Part shown: piece by piece, positions 1-15,800 of the stretch
How the letters are laid out: every line of letters starts with the position of its first letter
Numbering within the stretch: position 1 is the stretch's first letter
Assembly (NCBI RefSeq): GCF_022539665.2
Contig: NC_081331.1
Location: 4,092,001 to 4,156,000 of the forward strand
From: Daphnia carinata
Taxonomy: Eukaryota
Direction: 5' to 3'
Length of the DNA stretch: 64,000 nt
The notes under the pieces: model-generated
Told to the model about the DNA's origin: nothing
The model's database searches: none
Seen by the model: only the letters and a program-made list of their open reading frames with translations
Position numbers and translations under genes: made by a program

Positions 1-3000
1 TGGTTGCGCCCCAGCTCCGGTTAGATTCCCTTTTTTTTTTTTTTTTTTTTTTTTTTTGACTCTCTTGTCTCTCAACACGTCAGATTATACACAGCATTGA
101 AACTGTCTTTGTTTTCTCTTCTCTACATTTTGACTACTTCTTTTTCTTTCTTCTTCTCCTGTGTGCGTAGAACGCAGAGACCACACGGATTACGCCCTGT
201 CCCGGGGGTTAACAAAAAAGCACCACCTCCCCCGATGACTTGATCTCTTCTTATCCTCTTACTATTATTACTACTACTAAAAGTCAAAGAAAAGAAAAAA
301 AAAAAAGAAAAGACATTGTCTTCAAGTTGTATACATGTCGTATCCATACACTCTAGTGTGGCTCCTTTCGGGGCTCTTCTTTTTTCTTTCCTTTGGCTTC
401 ACGCATATTTGTATATATACAGTATATATACCATACCCAAGTAGTCGAAAAGGATTAATCTCATCTGATTCTCTTTTGATTTCCCATTTGGACAAGAAGA
501 AGTTCTTTATCCCCTTTCTTCTTTCTTTTTTTTTTTTTTTGCCTGCCCACTTGCCAGTGTGTGATCTATCTACTTCATCATATAGTTGTTTGGTAAGCCT
601 TTTTTTTTTGTCCCCTACGTCAATGCAATGTGATTACACATCGCCAGGGAGAGATATGTAGAGGGATCGATGCATCAATCGTGAAAAAAAAAAGAAGCTG
701 GAACAAAAAAAAAAAAAAATATTCAAATAGACAAAAAGAACAAGTTATTTATTGTGATTTTTTTTTTTTTTTTTTGTTCTCTTATTTTTTGTTTTCTCAA
801 AGCTTATTCACTCTGGAAGGGGCGGCCCCCGATTATATGTTTGAAAAAAAAAAAAAAGAAAAGAAAAACGTGTTCTTGCTGGAATCTGGCCAGCAGTCAT
901 TTCGGTTTGTTTTCTTTGTTTGTTTTTCTTGTTCATTTTTTTTTTCCTTCCTTTAATCAAGCAGGGATCAAATCACGAATTTTTTTTTTCGTTCTTTATC
1001 TTGTTCACATTATTTTAATATTCTATATTCAATTTTTGTTGTTTGTTCTGTTCCTTCTTACTCGTTCGTTGTTATTGTTGATGTTCCAATGTGATGGGGG
1101 AAAAAATGTCGTCAACACACGATCACTCGCAACATATAGAAGTCATGTGTGTACATGTTTCGTATCTATCTCTCTCTCTCTCTCTCTTATATATATATAT
1201 ATACGCCGGGGTGGGTGTGCTGCTTCAGTTTGTTATTATAAGATTCTCTACTGTTCGCTGATAGCGAGGGGTTTGACGAAGAAATTCGATCTCGATCGCG
1301 AGGCCCAAGTCGCTGTGTCTCTCGCGTAGCACGAAAAACATGCACGCAACAAAACAAACACAAAGATAGATATTTATCAAACCCCCTCCGCCATGCCTTT
1401 TACTGTTCCTGCTGCTGCTGCTGCTGCTGGTCATTGCGTGTCATTGCGTGCGTGTTATGCAGAACACGTCGTCGCCCAAACAACTAGAAGCTGTGTATGC
1501 CATGGCGACAGTTCGACTAGCAGGAAGAAGGATATAACTGCTTGTCTCCTTATCGAAAAACTCAGCATCAGATTTGATCACAAACTTTTAACAGCTACCA
1601 AAACTTTTATTTTTTTTTTTTTTTCTTCTCTTTTCAACCAATGCTTTTTTTTTTTTTTTTTGTTATTATCTTTGTTTCAAAACTATTCAGTGGTGAACAG
1701 AAGCGAATAAAAAAAAAAAGAAACGGTCTGAACAACTATGCAATAATGCACGTAAAAACATTAACTACTTTGACATCGTGTGGTAAATGACCTTCTGTTT
1801 GAATCTGGTTGATAATCAGAAACAAGCGCTCGGCTAACCGTTGACAAGCTTCTCAAACAAGATTTTCAAGCGTCTTGGCGTTTTGTTTCTTCCACGGTTT
1901 GAACGTCTTTTTTTGTTTTTTTGTTGTTGTTTTGTTTTTCAACGCGAAAACAAGAAGACGAAAAGGTAAAGTTGTTTTATGCTTTTTGTGGCTGTAGCGG
2001 TTTTTGTTTTTGTTTTTTTCGGCACAACAGAAAAGGATAAACGATTTGACGATCGTGTGGGCGTCCGAAGCATACAACAAAAAGGTTTGAGTGCGTGTTT
2101 CTCGTATCGGTTTTCCTCTTTTGCGCAAGTCGCAAAAGAAAACTGCAGGGCTGTTTGGTACATCGTAACAGCCGGATAGCGCCCATTCTTGGAATGGCCG
2201 TGCCACTATTTTCTTGTTGTTTGGATGTTTCATTGGTTTTTCCCTACACATATATATATACTGTATATATTTTAAAAATTTATTTGTTTATTATCAGAGT
2301 GTCAGAAATGCCTCGTTTGGCCGGTAAAAGGAGCGAGAAGGGGGGAGAGAGAGAGAGAGAGACGGACGCATGCATGCGGAACGTAACGCTGCGTCACCTG
2401 CTGAAAAGAAAACGTTTCGTTTCTCACTTTTTCAAAAAAAAAAAAAAATAAAATACTCGGCGCACTTCTTTGGGTTTTCATAGTAGCTGGCCGTTGTTAT
2501 TTGTGTTAGCTCGAAAATGAAGTAGGCAATGTGAAATGCATCGGATCGGGGCGTATTCAAGTTGCCCGTTTCCACATTTTTGGGTGGCAAATTCTTTTCC
2601 TGATTCCGGGGAAATAAAAAAGGATTCGAAGCTGTTCGTTTCTCCATCATTTTTTTTTTTTTTTTTACGAAGGAAAAGGTTTCATAAATTTTCTCGGAAA
2701 ACATTTTTGCTTGTTGAACCGGAAGAGATTTGCGCCACAAGTGACCGATTGAGTGAAACTGAAAAAAAAAGGCTGAGGCGGAGTCTTCTTCTTTAAGAGA
2801 ATTTAGCCGTTTTTTTTTTTTTTTTTTTTTGTTCTTCGAGTTCACTTGCAACTCTGAATGAAAGAACTTGTTGAAACAACGGAAAAGGTTTTAAAAAAGC
2901 CTTTGCTGGAGCGTACAAATACACGGTCATAGAGATAGAGGACCATCTCGCATCCGAAAAAAAAAATCGGATTAAACAATCTTGGAGGAGGTGGAAAAGA

Positions 3001-6000
3001 GAGACAAGCAAAAGATCGAAGGCGACAGTTGGCAAAAAAAAAAAAAGCTCAAGCCGGATGAGAATCCGGCGGCGTTTGTCCGCTTTTTTTACACACAGTA
3101 AGTTGTATTGGTTTAAATTCGTACTCGGCTTGTCAATCAATTTTCCAATCGCCGTGTGTATACAGATCCTTGTATGTACGTTAAACATCTTCCGCTCACT
3201 TGATTTTTTTTTTTTTTTTTGTTTCTTCCATCCTTTCGTACTTAACGTGTATGCCATTCCATTGTATGGTCGTCTACTGTTCCAGGCCTATCTATCTGTT
3301 TAATTCTAATTGAAGATTGACCGAAAACCACCAAAGATTCGCCGCCCCAATTGTTTCGACATTTTTCGGCAGCCGCTGCAATGCAAATTCGGCTTTTTGA
3401 AAATTCTATTGTGTTTGCCCGTCGAACGGTGAAACAGATAGTCTAACGCATCGTTTTGGAACGTTAATGGGGAAGCGGAGGGCTGCCTTTATTTTGACGC
3501 TGCAAATTTCGCCATTACAAAAGACAGACGTGGAAAAAAAAAACGGAATGTGCGGTGGACATGGCGCATGTAACACGGACACACCTGGTCATCACGATGA
3601 TGATGGCGCATAGTTTTTCATTCTCTGATGACTCCCCCTCCTTCTCTCTTGTCTCTCTATTTTTTAGCTCTCGACTTGCGACTGGTACCATATCCCTCCT
3701 AGTTTTTACACCATGCACAGCGAGCCGTACTTTTGGGGGTAGTAGAACTCAAAGTATATTAGTACGTGGGAGTTTTTCGAGTCGTGGCAAAAAACCTTAC
3801 CCCCCCCCCTTCATCATCAACACCGGTCTACTCTATTATTATCATCTTTTTTCACTCCCTCCCCCCTAGCCTCCACCCACCCCAACAACACTACACAGTT
3901 TCTCTGCTTCATGCAAGTGTAGTGTACAAAAATAGGGTTGAAAAATATTAGACCCAGCACGTTTGACTACTCCCCTCCTTTTCCATCACCTACACTCTAT
4001 TTAGGTCCATTCATTCTAATAATACGATGAGGGCAAAAAAAAAAAAAAGAAAAACTTATTGTTCTCTCATCGTCAATTATCGGTCGAGTAATGCACGCCA
4101 CATCTAATTGAATCATCATCATCATTCAACGATTGAATACACCGGTACGCAATACAGCGGGCTTTTTGGATAGAGCTAAACGACAGTGCTATCAGGAGAC
4201 CACCAAAACAAAACAAAACAAAAAAAAAAAACATAAAATAATGGCGGCTGTTGTTTTCACCCGAATATGGCAACTTGACGTCATTGACATGAACGAAGCA
4301 GAAAAAACAGGAATTTTGTTAAAAATAAACCCCAGAAAAAAACACACACATGTTTGGCTATAGTGGCGGTGTTTATAACTTACCCAGTACATAGCAGGCC
4401 CCGGTGTAGGTGAATCGCCTTGAAGAATTCCCATTGAACTTGCGATCGGGTTGATTCGATTTTCGTACGGTTTCAGCGTTCCCGGAGATGATTTTCTCGG
4501 TAGAAGAAATTTAAAAAAAATAATAATCTAATAAGATCAACCCTTTTTTTTTTTGCGTGTCCACTCGGATATTTCGAGTTTCGGGAAGGAAACGCAATTG
4601 GATTTTTTTGTTTTTTGTTTTGAAAGTTGGAGAAAAATTGGGGGCGCTTCTTTGCGTGGGAGAAAGTCTAACTCGTCCCGTTTGTGTGTTCTCGTTCTTC
4701 CGCGGACAACGGCGGAAGTTGTGGGGGAAATGTTCGTGCTGTCCCACAAAACAAAAACAACTCTCACGAGTTGGTGAACTGGTCGTTCACTCTCGTCACT
4801 CGGCGCAAGCGCAAAAGTGTTTCGCACCAAACAACGACAGAAGAAAAATTCGAAACAAACTCGGCGGTTGTTTGAAACTTCTCGAATCGCTCGAGATAAA
4901 AAACAAAACAAAAAACAAAACAAATTGTTCAATTGTTTGTCGAAATTTTTTAGAACTGTTGGTTTAATAAAAAGATGGATGGATCAAAAAACTTGTTCAA
5001 CGGCGTGCTGCGTTTGTGCGTGGTGTGAGGAGGTCCTCCACTTTGGCAGTACTGACGGGCTCACCGGCTCTCCCAGCTGGATAAGTAAACCCTCCCCAAC
5101 CGGTTGTGCCTCTCTCTTCTTGGCCTGGTTGGATGGATGGCTGTGCTGGCTGGGCTTCTAGCTGGTCTTGTCTGTAGCGCCCCCTCCCCTTCTCTTCTTA
5201 AGCTCCTCCCCATCCTATGGCTGTGTGTATATGTACAGACTTTCTTTCTTTCTTTTTTTTTTTTACGGATGTTGTTGGCTTTCTGGTGTATGCTATATGC
5301 TGTAACCATATTTGAAATGGAGATGATATTCCGCCCACAAACATTTCCTCTAAAATGAAACAAGACTGGTCCATATATGTATATCTCTGTCGATATTCTT
5401 TTCACTCTGCAGCCTCCCTTTCTTCTTTTCTATGTATGTTTTTTTCTTCTTTTCTCCCCTTCCATTTCCAAAAATTTGTTTTATTTTCCAACCCCTTTTG
5501 GTTGATTCATTATTCATCCACCCCCTAAACAAAAAAAAAAAGTCAAAAGTCAATGACATAATTCTTGTTACGACTGTCTTGAATATTATTGGATTTCCTC
5601 TCTTGTTTTGATGCCTTTTCCCTCTTGTGTTTCTCGCTAGAGGTTAAAAAACAGCAATCAATTTGGTTAAGGCATTTGAGTGATGTTTGCTTGTATAGCA
5701 CAAACACAAAAATCTTCCGTGTATCCGATGCTTCTCTTTTTTCCTATCCATTTCAAAAATACATAGAGGAAAGATATAGGAATTGATTTGGGCTCGGCTC
5801 TTCATGAGAGAAGAAGAAAAACAAATACACAAGGGCTCGTGTCCCTCGTATAAAAAAAATTCAACACGTCATATAAATCGCTGGCATCTTTTTACCTGCT
5901 GCTTACCTTCGGATGGACCGAAGATCCAGCCGATCGTGTGTAGTACGTGTGTGTATACATATTTTTATATTTAAAGAAACATAACTCTTTTGATGTTGTT

Positions 6001-7139
6001 TTCTTCTTGCTGTTGTTCCTTTTTGGTTCCGTGCCATACAGTTTGAAGAGGGTCCGCTGAGTATTTGTATATTAGCTTAACCTTTTGTGGGACTGCCGGA
6101 GTCTCTCATCTTCGCGGGTCAGCCAGGCACGAGCTGGCATCTTACGTCTTATAGAAAAGAAGAAGAAGAAGAAAAAAAAAAAGGGAGAATATAAGAAACA
6201 AACTCATTTCTATTTTAGTTTAAACAAACAGGGAGGGAAAAAAAAAAAAGATGGGAGAAATGTAAGGCTCATCGATTCCATGGTGTTGATATATTCAAAA
6301 ATGTGTTATTCATTTGTTTTGACAGGATACTAGCAAAGTTATTGGACGCTTGAAAAGAAAGAAGATTCATTATAAAATCAGAATAAATCGTGAATCTTGA
6401 TAAACCGCTCCTCTTTCCTTTTCTCTTGTGTCTGTTATCTGGAAATCGTAATCGAACAGGCCTTTCAATCGAGCGAGCACTTGGGGGCCCTTGCTTTTTC
6501 CACCAGTGGAATACATTAGCAATTACAAAAAGGTGTTTTATACGCCGATCAAGTGTGAAAACAAAAAGGAAACAAGGCGGTAACGACTAATGAGTAACAC
6601 ACCTATTTATGGGCGTAACTAGTTAACCACTAGAAGTGGTGCTGTTGGATGTGTGCAAACAAAAGCCGAGGGCGAGCAACTCAATTCACGGGACAGGTGA
6701 AACCAAAATAAAAACCAAAAACGTCTCGAAGAACCAAATGAATATACACGAAAAGAAAAATGAAAAGGACACTTAACTCCTCCTACCCGAAAGCGGAATT
6801 ATTACGCCATCCGTCAATCTCAGTTGACGATTCAATCGGTTCAAGAAAAACGAACGAGACTTGTTCACGTACACACGCAGTCCGCAACTATAGAGTCGGT
6901 GGAATTCCTTGAAATCCCGGTTTTTTTTTTTGTTTCTTTTTGTTTCTTTTTTTTTTTTATCGAAAAAAAAAAAAAATTCGAAACAATGAAAAAAAAAAAA
7001 AAGGACAAAAAGTCCATGTTTCCTTCTGTCTGCTGTGTACATATGCGCGACGATCGAAATCCCCCACACAAAAAAAAAAAGAAGAAACAAGAATTGTAAG
7101 TAACAAGTCATGTATCAATCCATCAAACAGAGCGCAGCC

Positions 7140-7170
<31 letters not shown>

Positions 7171-10100
7171 AGAAGCTCCGGAGCAGGTTTTTTTTTATTT
7201 CGAATTTTCCTTGCCTTTTTTTTCCGAGTTTGATTCTTTTCTGTTTGTCAGTCAGTGAGTGTTTTCTTTCTTCTGCTTTTCTTTCAAATTGATTTTTTTT
7301 TTCTTTCAGCTTTATTATATAGCTTCTTTCGTTGCTCTTTCCCTTCGTCAGATAGACTAATATACTTGTTCGATGACGGGCCAGAGCTGCGGGACGTTGT
7401 GTCGGCTCGAAAAGCAGCGTGAGATCACTCACTCCTGCTGTTTTTTTTTTTTCTTGCTACATCAAATAAAAAAAAGCTACTGCCTGACGTTGTCTAAATT
7501 CTTGTATATGTACACATCTCTATTTCTTTCTTTTTTTAATTCAATAATCTCTCGGCTTTCATCTGTTTCAGTGATGCGTGTGGGGTAGGTGGACTTGGGC
7601 TGTATACATTCACCTGAGCCAATTTTGCAGGAATCCCCAATACGCCCGTCTCCCATGGCGGTCATTTGTCGCTCAAACGTACAGCTTCTGGTCATTTCTT
7701 TTTTTTTTTATTTATTGCATGTGTATACATCTATCATGCTTTGTTGAATTTGTAGAATGTTTTCTATTCCCTATTCCCTCCTTTAGCGATGACACTGAGC
7801 TGATGATGACCCGTCCACTCTATATACACCTACCAATACTTACCCATAGATAATATATTTTTAGAAACGGATGAAAGGTGTGTATGATGGACACTGCCTT
7901 TATTTGAAAGGAAAAGATTTTAAAAGAAAACAAAAATAGTTGAGAAAAGAAAATACAAAAAAAGGGATTTCATTGAAAAAAAAAAGAAAAAAAGAATTTC
8001 AAAATTTGTGTGTGACAATGATGACGTCGAGGTGTTGGCTTTTTGCCGTCGACACCACCTTTGCGTGTTTCGAAATCATTTACCATCATTTTCCCCGCTG
8101 GTGTCCCCGCGTGTCTTTTACCTCGTACGAATAAGGAGCGAGCATTTGAATTATAATATCGTCTGTGTGTGTGTGTGTTTAGAAATCAAAAAAAAAAAAG
8201 AATAACAAGGACGTATACAAGAATAGACTAACAAAAAAAAAAAACAAAAAAAACAACAACAACAACAACAAGCGGGAGTAAGAAGGGGGGGAAATATAGG
8301 CGGCGTGCTGTAGACTTAAGATGTTATCAGATCCGAGTTGCTGGGGGAGTCCACCAGTGTCCCAAAAGTCCGTCTCCGGGTAAAAACAGCCTTCTCTTAC
8401 CTTTCTTTCTTTTTCAGTCCTGATGTTGCCTTTTTCTTCTTTTCTTGTTGGTGTTTCCTCCTGTCCACTTGTCCTATTGAAAGAAAAAGTATTGAATAAG
8501 AAGGTTTTCTTTCTTCCCTCTTTGATGCGTAGACTCTGTGTGTCTTTTACCACTATTCTACTAACATTGTCTGCCTCTCTTTTCTCACCTTCTTTTTTTT
8601 CTTTTTCCATTTTCCAACTAGTTGAACCTCTCGCGGGCTAGTCTTGTTGGCAGCCGGATGATAAATTGGCACCCATCGACTTTTGACTGACTGGCCTCCT
8701 ATAAGATGGTGGGCCCACAGAGTGCCAGTCGACACAATACGCTCTGCCATGCGGATGGGTGTAGGGCCAAGTGGCACACAGTACGCTAAATAAAAGAAAC
8801 GTGTGTGTTATTAAAGGGGAGGCGCCGGCCGGTTGTTGAAACATCCAAACACGGTGATTATCGCACGTTGCCTTGCGTCAGCAGGCCGGTTAGTTGTCTT
8901 CTACACAACACGCATCCACCACCAAGCAGAAAGAAGTGTTAAGTAAGGCTTCTATTCTATTCTATTCTTCTTCTTCTTCTTCCTTTTTTTTCAGCCCTCC
9001 GAAGCTTTGCACCGTCGCCTTTTTTTTTTTTTAAACCCAAAATGCACAACCCACATGTACGCGTAGCTGATGTCTTTATCCGCAGAACGATCTACTCTTT
9101 TTTTTTTTTTGTATTTTTTTAAGACATTCATTTTTTTTTTTTTAACAAAAGGAAAGAAAAAAACTAGCTGTGTACACCTCCCGATCTGTTCGGACCAGAC
9201 GGCCGCGTTTCTGCTGTTTAGGCCAAGAAGGCTGGACAAACGAAAAGAATGAAATGAACAAGAAGTTTTGACTTTTGTGCTCGGCAATGGTGCGACACAT
9301 AAAAAAAAAAAAAGAAAACGGAGAGAAAAGAGCAAAAAAGAGAAGCGATTTTCTTTTGTTCAAGGAGAAAAAAAAAAAAGGTGGTAATGACCATGTCGAG
9401 ACCGCCTGTCTAACCTTATTTGGGTAAATATACTAAATAATATTAATAATAAATGTTGGAAGGGGTATTTGGACAATGTGCAGTCGACATTGTTGCATTT
9501 TCGAACGACAATCCGGAGATGTCCACCTGCATGCGCCTAGCGGGTCCCGGTCAGTTCGTTACAAAAATGTTTGAAAACAAAAAAAAAAAAAAAACGGACC
9601 TGGAAAGTAGGGGGGGGACATCACGGCGGCGGCGCGCGTCAGCTGCATTCCATTTCTGTGGAAATGTAAATTTTTTTTTATTTCTCTTTTCAAAAATAAA
9701 ATAAAATAGTCGACCATGTACATGAAAAAAACAAAGAAACAAATGAAATTCCTCCAATTCCTCCTCCTCCCCCTTTCCTCTTAGGAGCTCCTCAATAAAT
9801 GCAAAGGCCGTCCTCTTTCTTGATTTTTTCTTCAAAGTGCATCAGGTTGTATGCAATAAGGAAGGACCTCATCATCGTCATAAGCCATCAATGATGGCTA
9901 CCCATTACTCCACCTACCCCCCCCCCCTCGAAAATTACACAGTGCAGCAAAATGGAGGGAGCTGGTTGGGGTCGTATATCAACAAGGCCTCTTCAGTCGC
10001 GTTATTTCTTCACGCCTTTTCCCAATCAGCCGAGAAAAAAAAAAGAAAAGAAAAGCTACTCTTTTTTGTTTCTTTTCTTGAAGAGATTTCTCCCGAAAGA

Positions 10101-12780
10101 TAATACCTCCTCCCCCTTTTTTGTTTTATTATTTTCTTTTTCCCGTTTTTATTTACAGGCTAATGAAAACACGCATGCCAACAGTTTCTCAAACTCTTCA
10201 ACATGAACATGATGTAATAAAACAATAGCGTATACCTCGCGAGGACAAGGGCAACCCTGGAAAAACAGGAGAGAAAAACGAGTAAAAATAAAAATAAGAA
10301 AAACAACGACAAAGTGAAAAGAATTAAGAGAGAAAAAGAAAAAAGAAAATGGAAGGGGGGGGGGGGGGGGGCCGTTTACCTACCTCCCTTTTATGTTGAA
10401 AGGTGAAAAAAAAAAAAAAAAAAAAAAGCTTACCTGTGTCACATTAGTATAGGCACAAAATGGTCGTTACCTTTTCTCCGAAAGCCAAAAAAAAAAAATA
10501 AAAGGAGGTTAAGAAAAAACCGAGATAGTGAGAGGGTAGGTAGGCTAGCTAGAGTCGAAGTTCAAATAGGGAAACGCAGTACATGGAGATGCAGTCCTAC
10601 AGACAGTGTGTGTGTGTGTTCGCGTTTGTGAGTGTGTGTATGAAACGACAAAAAAAAAAAAAAAAAATCTGAAGTGGCTAAGATGGTTCCGAGTGTCCCA
10701 CAGAGTCGATGATGGCCGTCTTCAACGACCTTGTCTATTTAAGGAAGAAGACCTGAATTTTGGGGGTGATTTTTAGGGCCTGTCAGTCGCCTTGCGCCAG
10801 CGACGAACATCCGCAACAACACACACACCCAACAACGTTTCCAAAGAGTATTAGATGGCGAGCCGCTCTACAAAAAAGGTTAGTTTTGTCATTCTTTCGT
10901 TTTTCTTTTAAGTAAGGCATAAAAAAAAAAGGGTTCGCACGTTTGAATTATGGGGAAAAAAACAAAAAAAAAAACGGAATAATACCAATAAAACAATGGG
11001 CACATTGAAACCCGTCCCTCCCTAGAACGTTTATAATGCACAGGGAAGCAATAAGAAAAAGAGAATACGCCCTTAAACGTCTGATGACGAATTTTCAGGG
11101 GCAAAGGATACCTGGACGAACAAACAAACAGCCCAGGTGTCCTTTTCGACACGCAAAAAAAAGACAAAAAAAAAAAGGTAAAATGGATCAACGTAAAAAG
11201 AATAAGACGTAAAGAAATTGAAATGGAAACAGTGTCGTCGCATGAATACATAATTCTTTGCAATTCAAATGAAGGCGTTGCACGAACGGACGACGTGAAA
11301 ATACGCGGGCGGACGGCCATCGAGGCCCCGACAGTCAATGATTGATTCGTTAACTTATTTTTTTAAATCTATCTTTTTCTGTTTTTTTTTTTTTTTTTTG
11401 TTTTGTTTTTGTCATTTTAAATAATTCAACTGAAGCCCGTTTCTCCACATCACCTGCCACCACCACCCAGTCTTACGTAATTTTCTTTCGTCCATATTTT
11501 GCCGCGTTTCTAATGGTGATGCGCTTTGAGCGACAGACGGGGACCGACTCTGGCAGTTTCTTTAACTTGCTGACAGTTTTTTTATTTTTATTTTTCTTTT
11601 TTTGATTCTTCTCCCGAAAAAGGGGAATGAGAGTTTTACGTTGGCCGCATAATGCTACACGAATTGCCGCCAACATGTACACACATATTAAGTGGATCTT
11701 GCTGCTGGTGGTTAATCTGGATCGTTTGCCGGCTCGGGTCTCGGACCGTGGCCGCTGTTTCTTTTGGGTTCTTCGGGAAGACGAAAGGAATTTGAAAGCA
11801 GAAGAGAAAGATGGAAAAAACGCGTGGGTATCTATAGAATGTTTATAGATTCGTGTCTAATGTCATCTTGGGGTCCGGCTCGTCTGTCCGTCGGTACTTG
11901 TCGTCTCAATCCGCTTGATGCTCGTGCGTCTCTGTCGATCCAGCACGTTCTCTCTTCCCAAAAACAAAAAAAACAAAAAACAAAAGGCACGAAATAGTTT
12001 TGCTGACGACATACCAACCGGAGCTGCGCCGCTCAAAATTCCCTTGTTTTTTTTTTCCACAAAAAAAAAACAAAAAAAAATATAATATCGTCATTCTTTT
12101 GTTTTCTATTGGCCGCCAGATATGCCCTACACACAGCCGCCGCTTTCTCGGTATATATCCTATACGGAATTGACAAGTTATTTAAGCCCCGTCCGATTTT
12201 TTTTTTCTTCTTCTTCTTCTTCATCCAATCCATCTGTCATGGCGATACATCGTGTTGCGCATGTCCAAGCTTTTTCTATTTACCCCCCCCCCTTTTATTC
12301 ATTTCACTATAACTATATGATTTTTTTTTAGTTGCATTTCGAACCGGATCTATTAGGTAAACATCGGTCGTGCGGACTGTTCCCTTGCTCCGGTCGTGTA
12401 TTTTTTTTTTCCCAACCACGCTGAATAATGAGCTAAGACGCCGACTTTGAGATGTTTTTTTTTTTACTTTGCGCAACAGACAGGACATCCCTACCAGGTA
12501 TCCGTATAAGCTTTGGCTATTGGTGTATATTCTAATATGCATGGGAGCGGAATTGTTGATTACCTTGAGTCATCAATCATTCAGCGCAAGGGGAAAAAAG
12601 GAAAAAAAAAAAAAAAAAGGGTTGGAAGAAAAAAGCCTTGGAGACATTAGATAATATTAATGTAGCGTATTCGAGTAATGAATCAAAGGGCAGCCGAACA
12701 ATAAGCTCTTGCTCTACCGTCCTATACGAGTTCCAATCACTTTTACCTGCGTGACGACCGTACAGAAAATATTTCTCCTT

Positions 12781-12897
<117 letters not shown>

Positions 12898-15800
12898 TTT
12901 GTTTTAAACAAAAATTTCAAAGGGAATAATGTTAACAAGCGGTAAAACAACGAAAAACTAAATGAAATTTCAAAAAAAAAGGGGAAAAATAGCAAGTTGG
13001 TTGATGGTTAATGCCACGCGCACTCTATGCGCATTTTTGAAGGGGGTGATGGCAGCTAGCCAACGGTGAAAGGAGAACAAGGGGGGGGGGGGGGTGAGCT
13101 GTAGTTTTCCTATTATGCTCAATCGGAAAAAAAAGAGTAAAAAAATGAGGGGGAGGAAAACGATGGGGTAGGGTATGCTTTGGCGTGTGCTGCATTACAT
13201 CAAAAACCTTAAAAACGGAAGAAAACTTTATTCCTTTTTTTTTTCTACTTTACCTCCCCCTCTCTTCCTACACCCGAGATCCAGCAGCAGCAGAAGCAAA
13301 AGGGTCTTTCCAGCCGGCCTCTATATCCGTTCAGCCATTTCCATATTGTCAATGGATGGATTCTACAGTATAAGCGGAGGGGGTTGCGGGGGCTCCATTA
13401 TGTGTACGGTAGAAGTGAACCCCCTCTTTTTTTTTATTCTTATAGTCTTTTTCTCGTTTCTTTCTTTTTTTTTTTACTTGTGGAGTTGTCACAGCATCAG
13501 CCTATGACAAGAACTCGAGTAAAAAACCCATTGACTCGCATTACACAAGAGCCCAGCGGGAGATATTGAGACCCCCTGGATCTACGATGGCTATAAAGGT
13601 ATATATATATACATATATATATACATACGTATAGCAGTAGCAGCCAAAACCCCAGCAGTTGAAAATCTCTTTTCTTTCCCTTATTCTAATAGTCCCCCCC
13701 TCCTTCCCTTTTTTTTTTCTGGTCTGCATCCTCCATCTCTTGTACACTGTCTCCAACTGGATGCTGTTCAATGATTGTCTATGTTTCTCTCTCTATTGTC
13801 CCAGCCCAAAAAACTTTTCAGCTTCCATTCATTTTTTTTTTTTTTATCCTGTTGTTCTCTCTCTCTATACCTTTATTGTTTATTCACTCTCTCCCTCGGC
13901 GTTTGTTACAGCTTGTAATGCGGCGGCGCACGCTCCCATTTGAAATCAACCACCCGCGAACGGGATCTGTTTTTGTCCGTCATTGTAATACATCTCTTTA
14001 TAGCCGTTAGCGCAGCATGCCCACCCGACCTGTGTAGGAATATTTTTGCTGATGGACGTGATGAAATCGATCTGCCATCACTGACTGGATAAATGTGTCT
14101 TACAAACTGATGGCATTAAAAAAAAAAAAAGGAAGCGTTTTTTTAGTTGGCGGGTTGTTTGTTTAGACACATGTAACATATCGCGTCTTTTCTTGAGAAA
14201 TGAAAGGGAGGAAACGTCAGGGTGATGGCAAATCATTTATAAATATGAATTTTAAAAGAAAAAAGGGCAAACGCATTATGAAACAAGCTCTTAAGTTGTT
14301 TTTTTTTTTCGAGGGGTTAGTGAGACCTGGGGTAGAGAGGGTGAATTTAAATCATACGATGATGGGTAAGAAAACAGTGCTGTTGATGGGTTCGATTGTC
14401 TATTTTCCGGTAATATGGAGATGAGTTTTGTGGCAAAAGACATTCTGTTAGGAGAAATGAACAAAAAAATAAATTAAAAAGGGAGAACGCTTAAAACAAA
14501 TTGGTACAAATGAGCGCGTGGATAACCATCGTTAGACCTGTAGGAATGTTTTTTTCCACCCAGTTCGTTTGGGTCGCCAAATGATGAGAGAAAAACTTTT
14601 AATGGATGTGAGTGGGGGTGGGGGGACTCATCACCGTCATCGCCCAAGTCAAAATATCGGGAAAAAAAAAGAGAAAAACTAAAGCAGGGGAGAAAGAGCT
14701 AAATAAGAAATGCATAAAATTAAATTGGTCAGAAGAGTGAAGGCAGCTTGCATCACCATAGATCTGTAAGCCAAAATGACAGGAGAGCCAATAAAAACTG
14801 ACCGCCAACTCCCCCCTTCTCTTCTCCTAACTTCGCATATATTCATACAGAACGTCACTGATACAACCCCTAACGAAAAAAAAAAAGGGATATACATAAA
14901 AATAAATCGCAGGATTCCTTATTTTTTTTTTTTTAAGGATGCTCAAAAACGGAACCGAAAATGCAAATTTGGAAGAAGAGGTGCATCCGAGGGAGAGCCT
15001 ATGAGTAAATATTACGTGGGCGATATCCAACGCTTGTTGGTTTGTGTGTTTTAGACGAGGGCTATATATGTTTTGTTTTTTTTTGTTTTGTAACGGGAAG
15101 ATATGCAACCGCACCGCGCTACGGGTCGATCAAAAATCGTAAATCAAACGAGAAATGAAAGAAGAAGAAAAAAAGGAAAGGCTGGAATGGTATGAACCGC
15201 CGCATAAAACTTTATCGACTCCCGCGCTGGACGGACGGACCTATATCTTGTCTGTCCATATTTTGTATTTCTTCGGTGTGGGTTTTTCGAATAACTAATG
15301 GTCAGCCTGCGCGTATTTCACGATTTTTTTTTTATAAATAATAAATGTATTTTTATTTATTTATTTATTTATTTTTTTTGTCTGTCTGTTTGTTTTTTTA
15401 ACTTTTCGTTCTATTAGGTTTCGAAATTCTTTTACTTTGTAAGGGGGAATTGTGTAAGCGACGTAACACGTACGACACCTCGCGTTTCTTTTTGATCGTA
15501 TCTAATTGGAACAAGTCACTTTTTTTGTGTTGTTATCTCCTTTATGATTTGCCTTTCTTGGAAAATGAGAACAAATATTGGAACAAGGATTCATGAAAAT
15601 TTGTCTGTTACGCATGAACGCGCTCAAGGTATTGGTGCGCCATGCGTGACCGAATACACACACTAACCGAGTGGTACTAATAGGTTTACTTGCATATTTT
15701 CTTGATGGTTTGTTTTTTGTGTTTTTTTTTTTTTTTTTTTTTTGTACAACGGGAACGCGCGTCAACCTGTGACCGTCTTATCCCGAAATCGACTCCCGTT

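Noticed and set aside
4979..5081. Cys-rich MDQKTCSTACCVCAWCEEVLH... followed by a possible donor
   Set aside because: No recognisable family and no downstream plus-strand exons found to join
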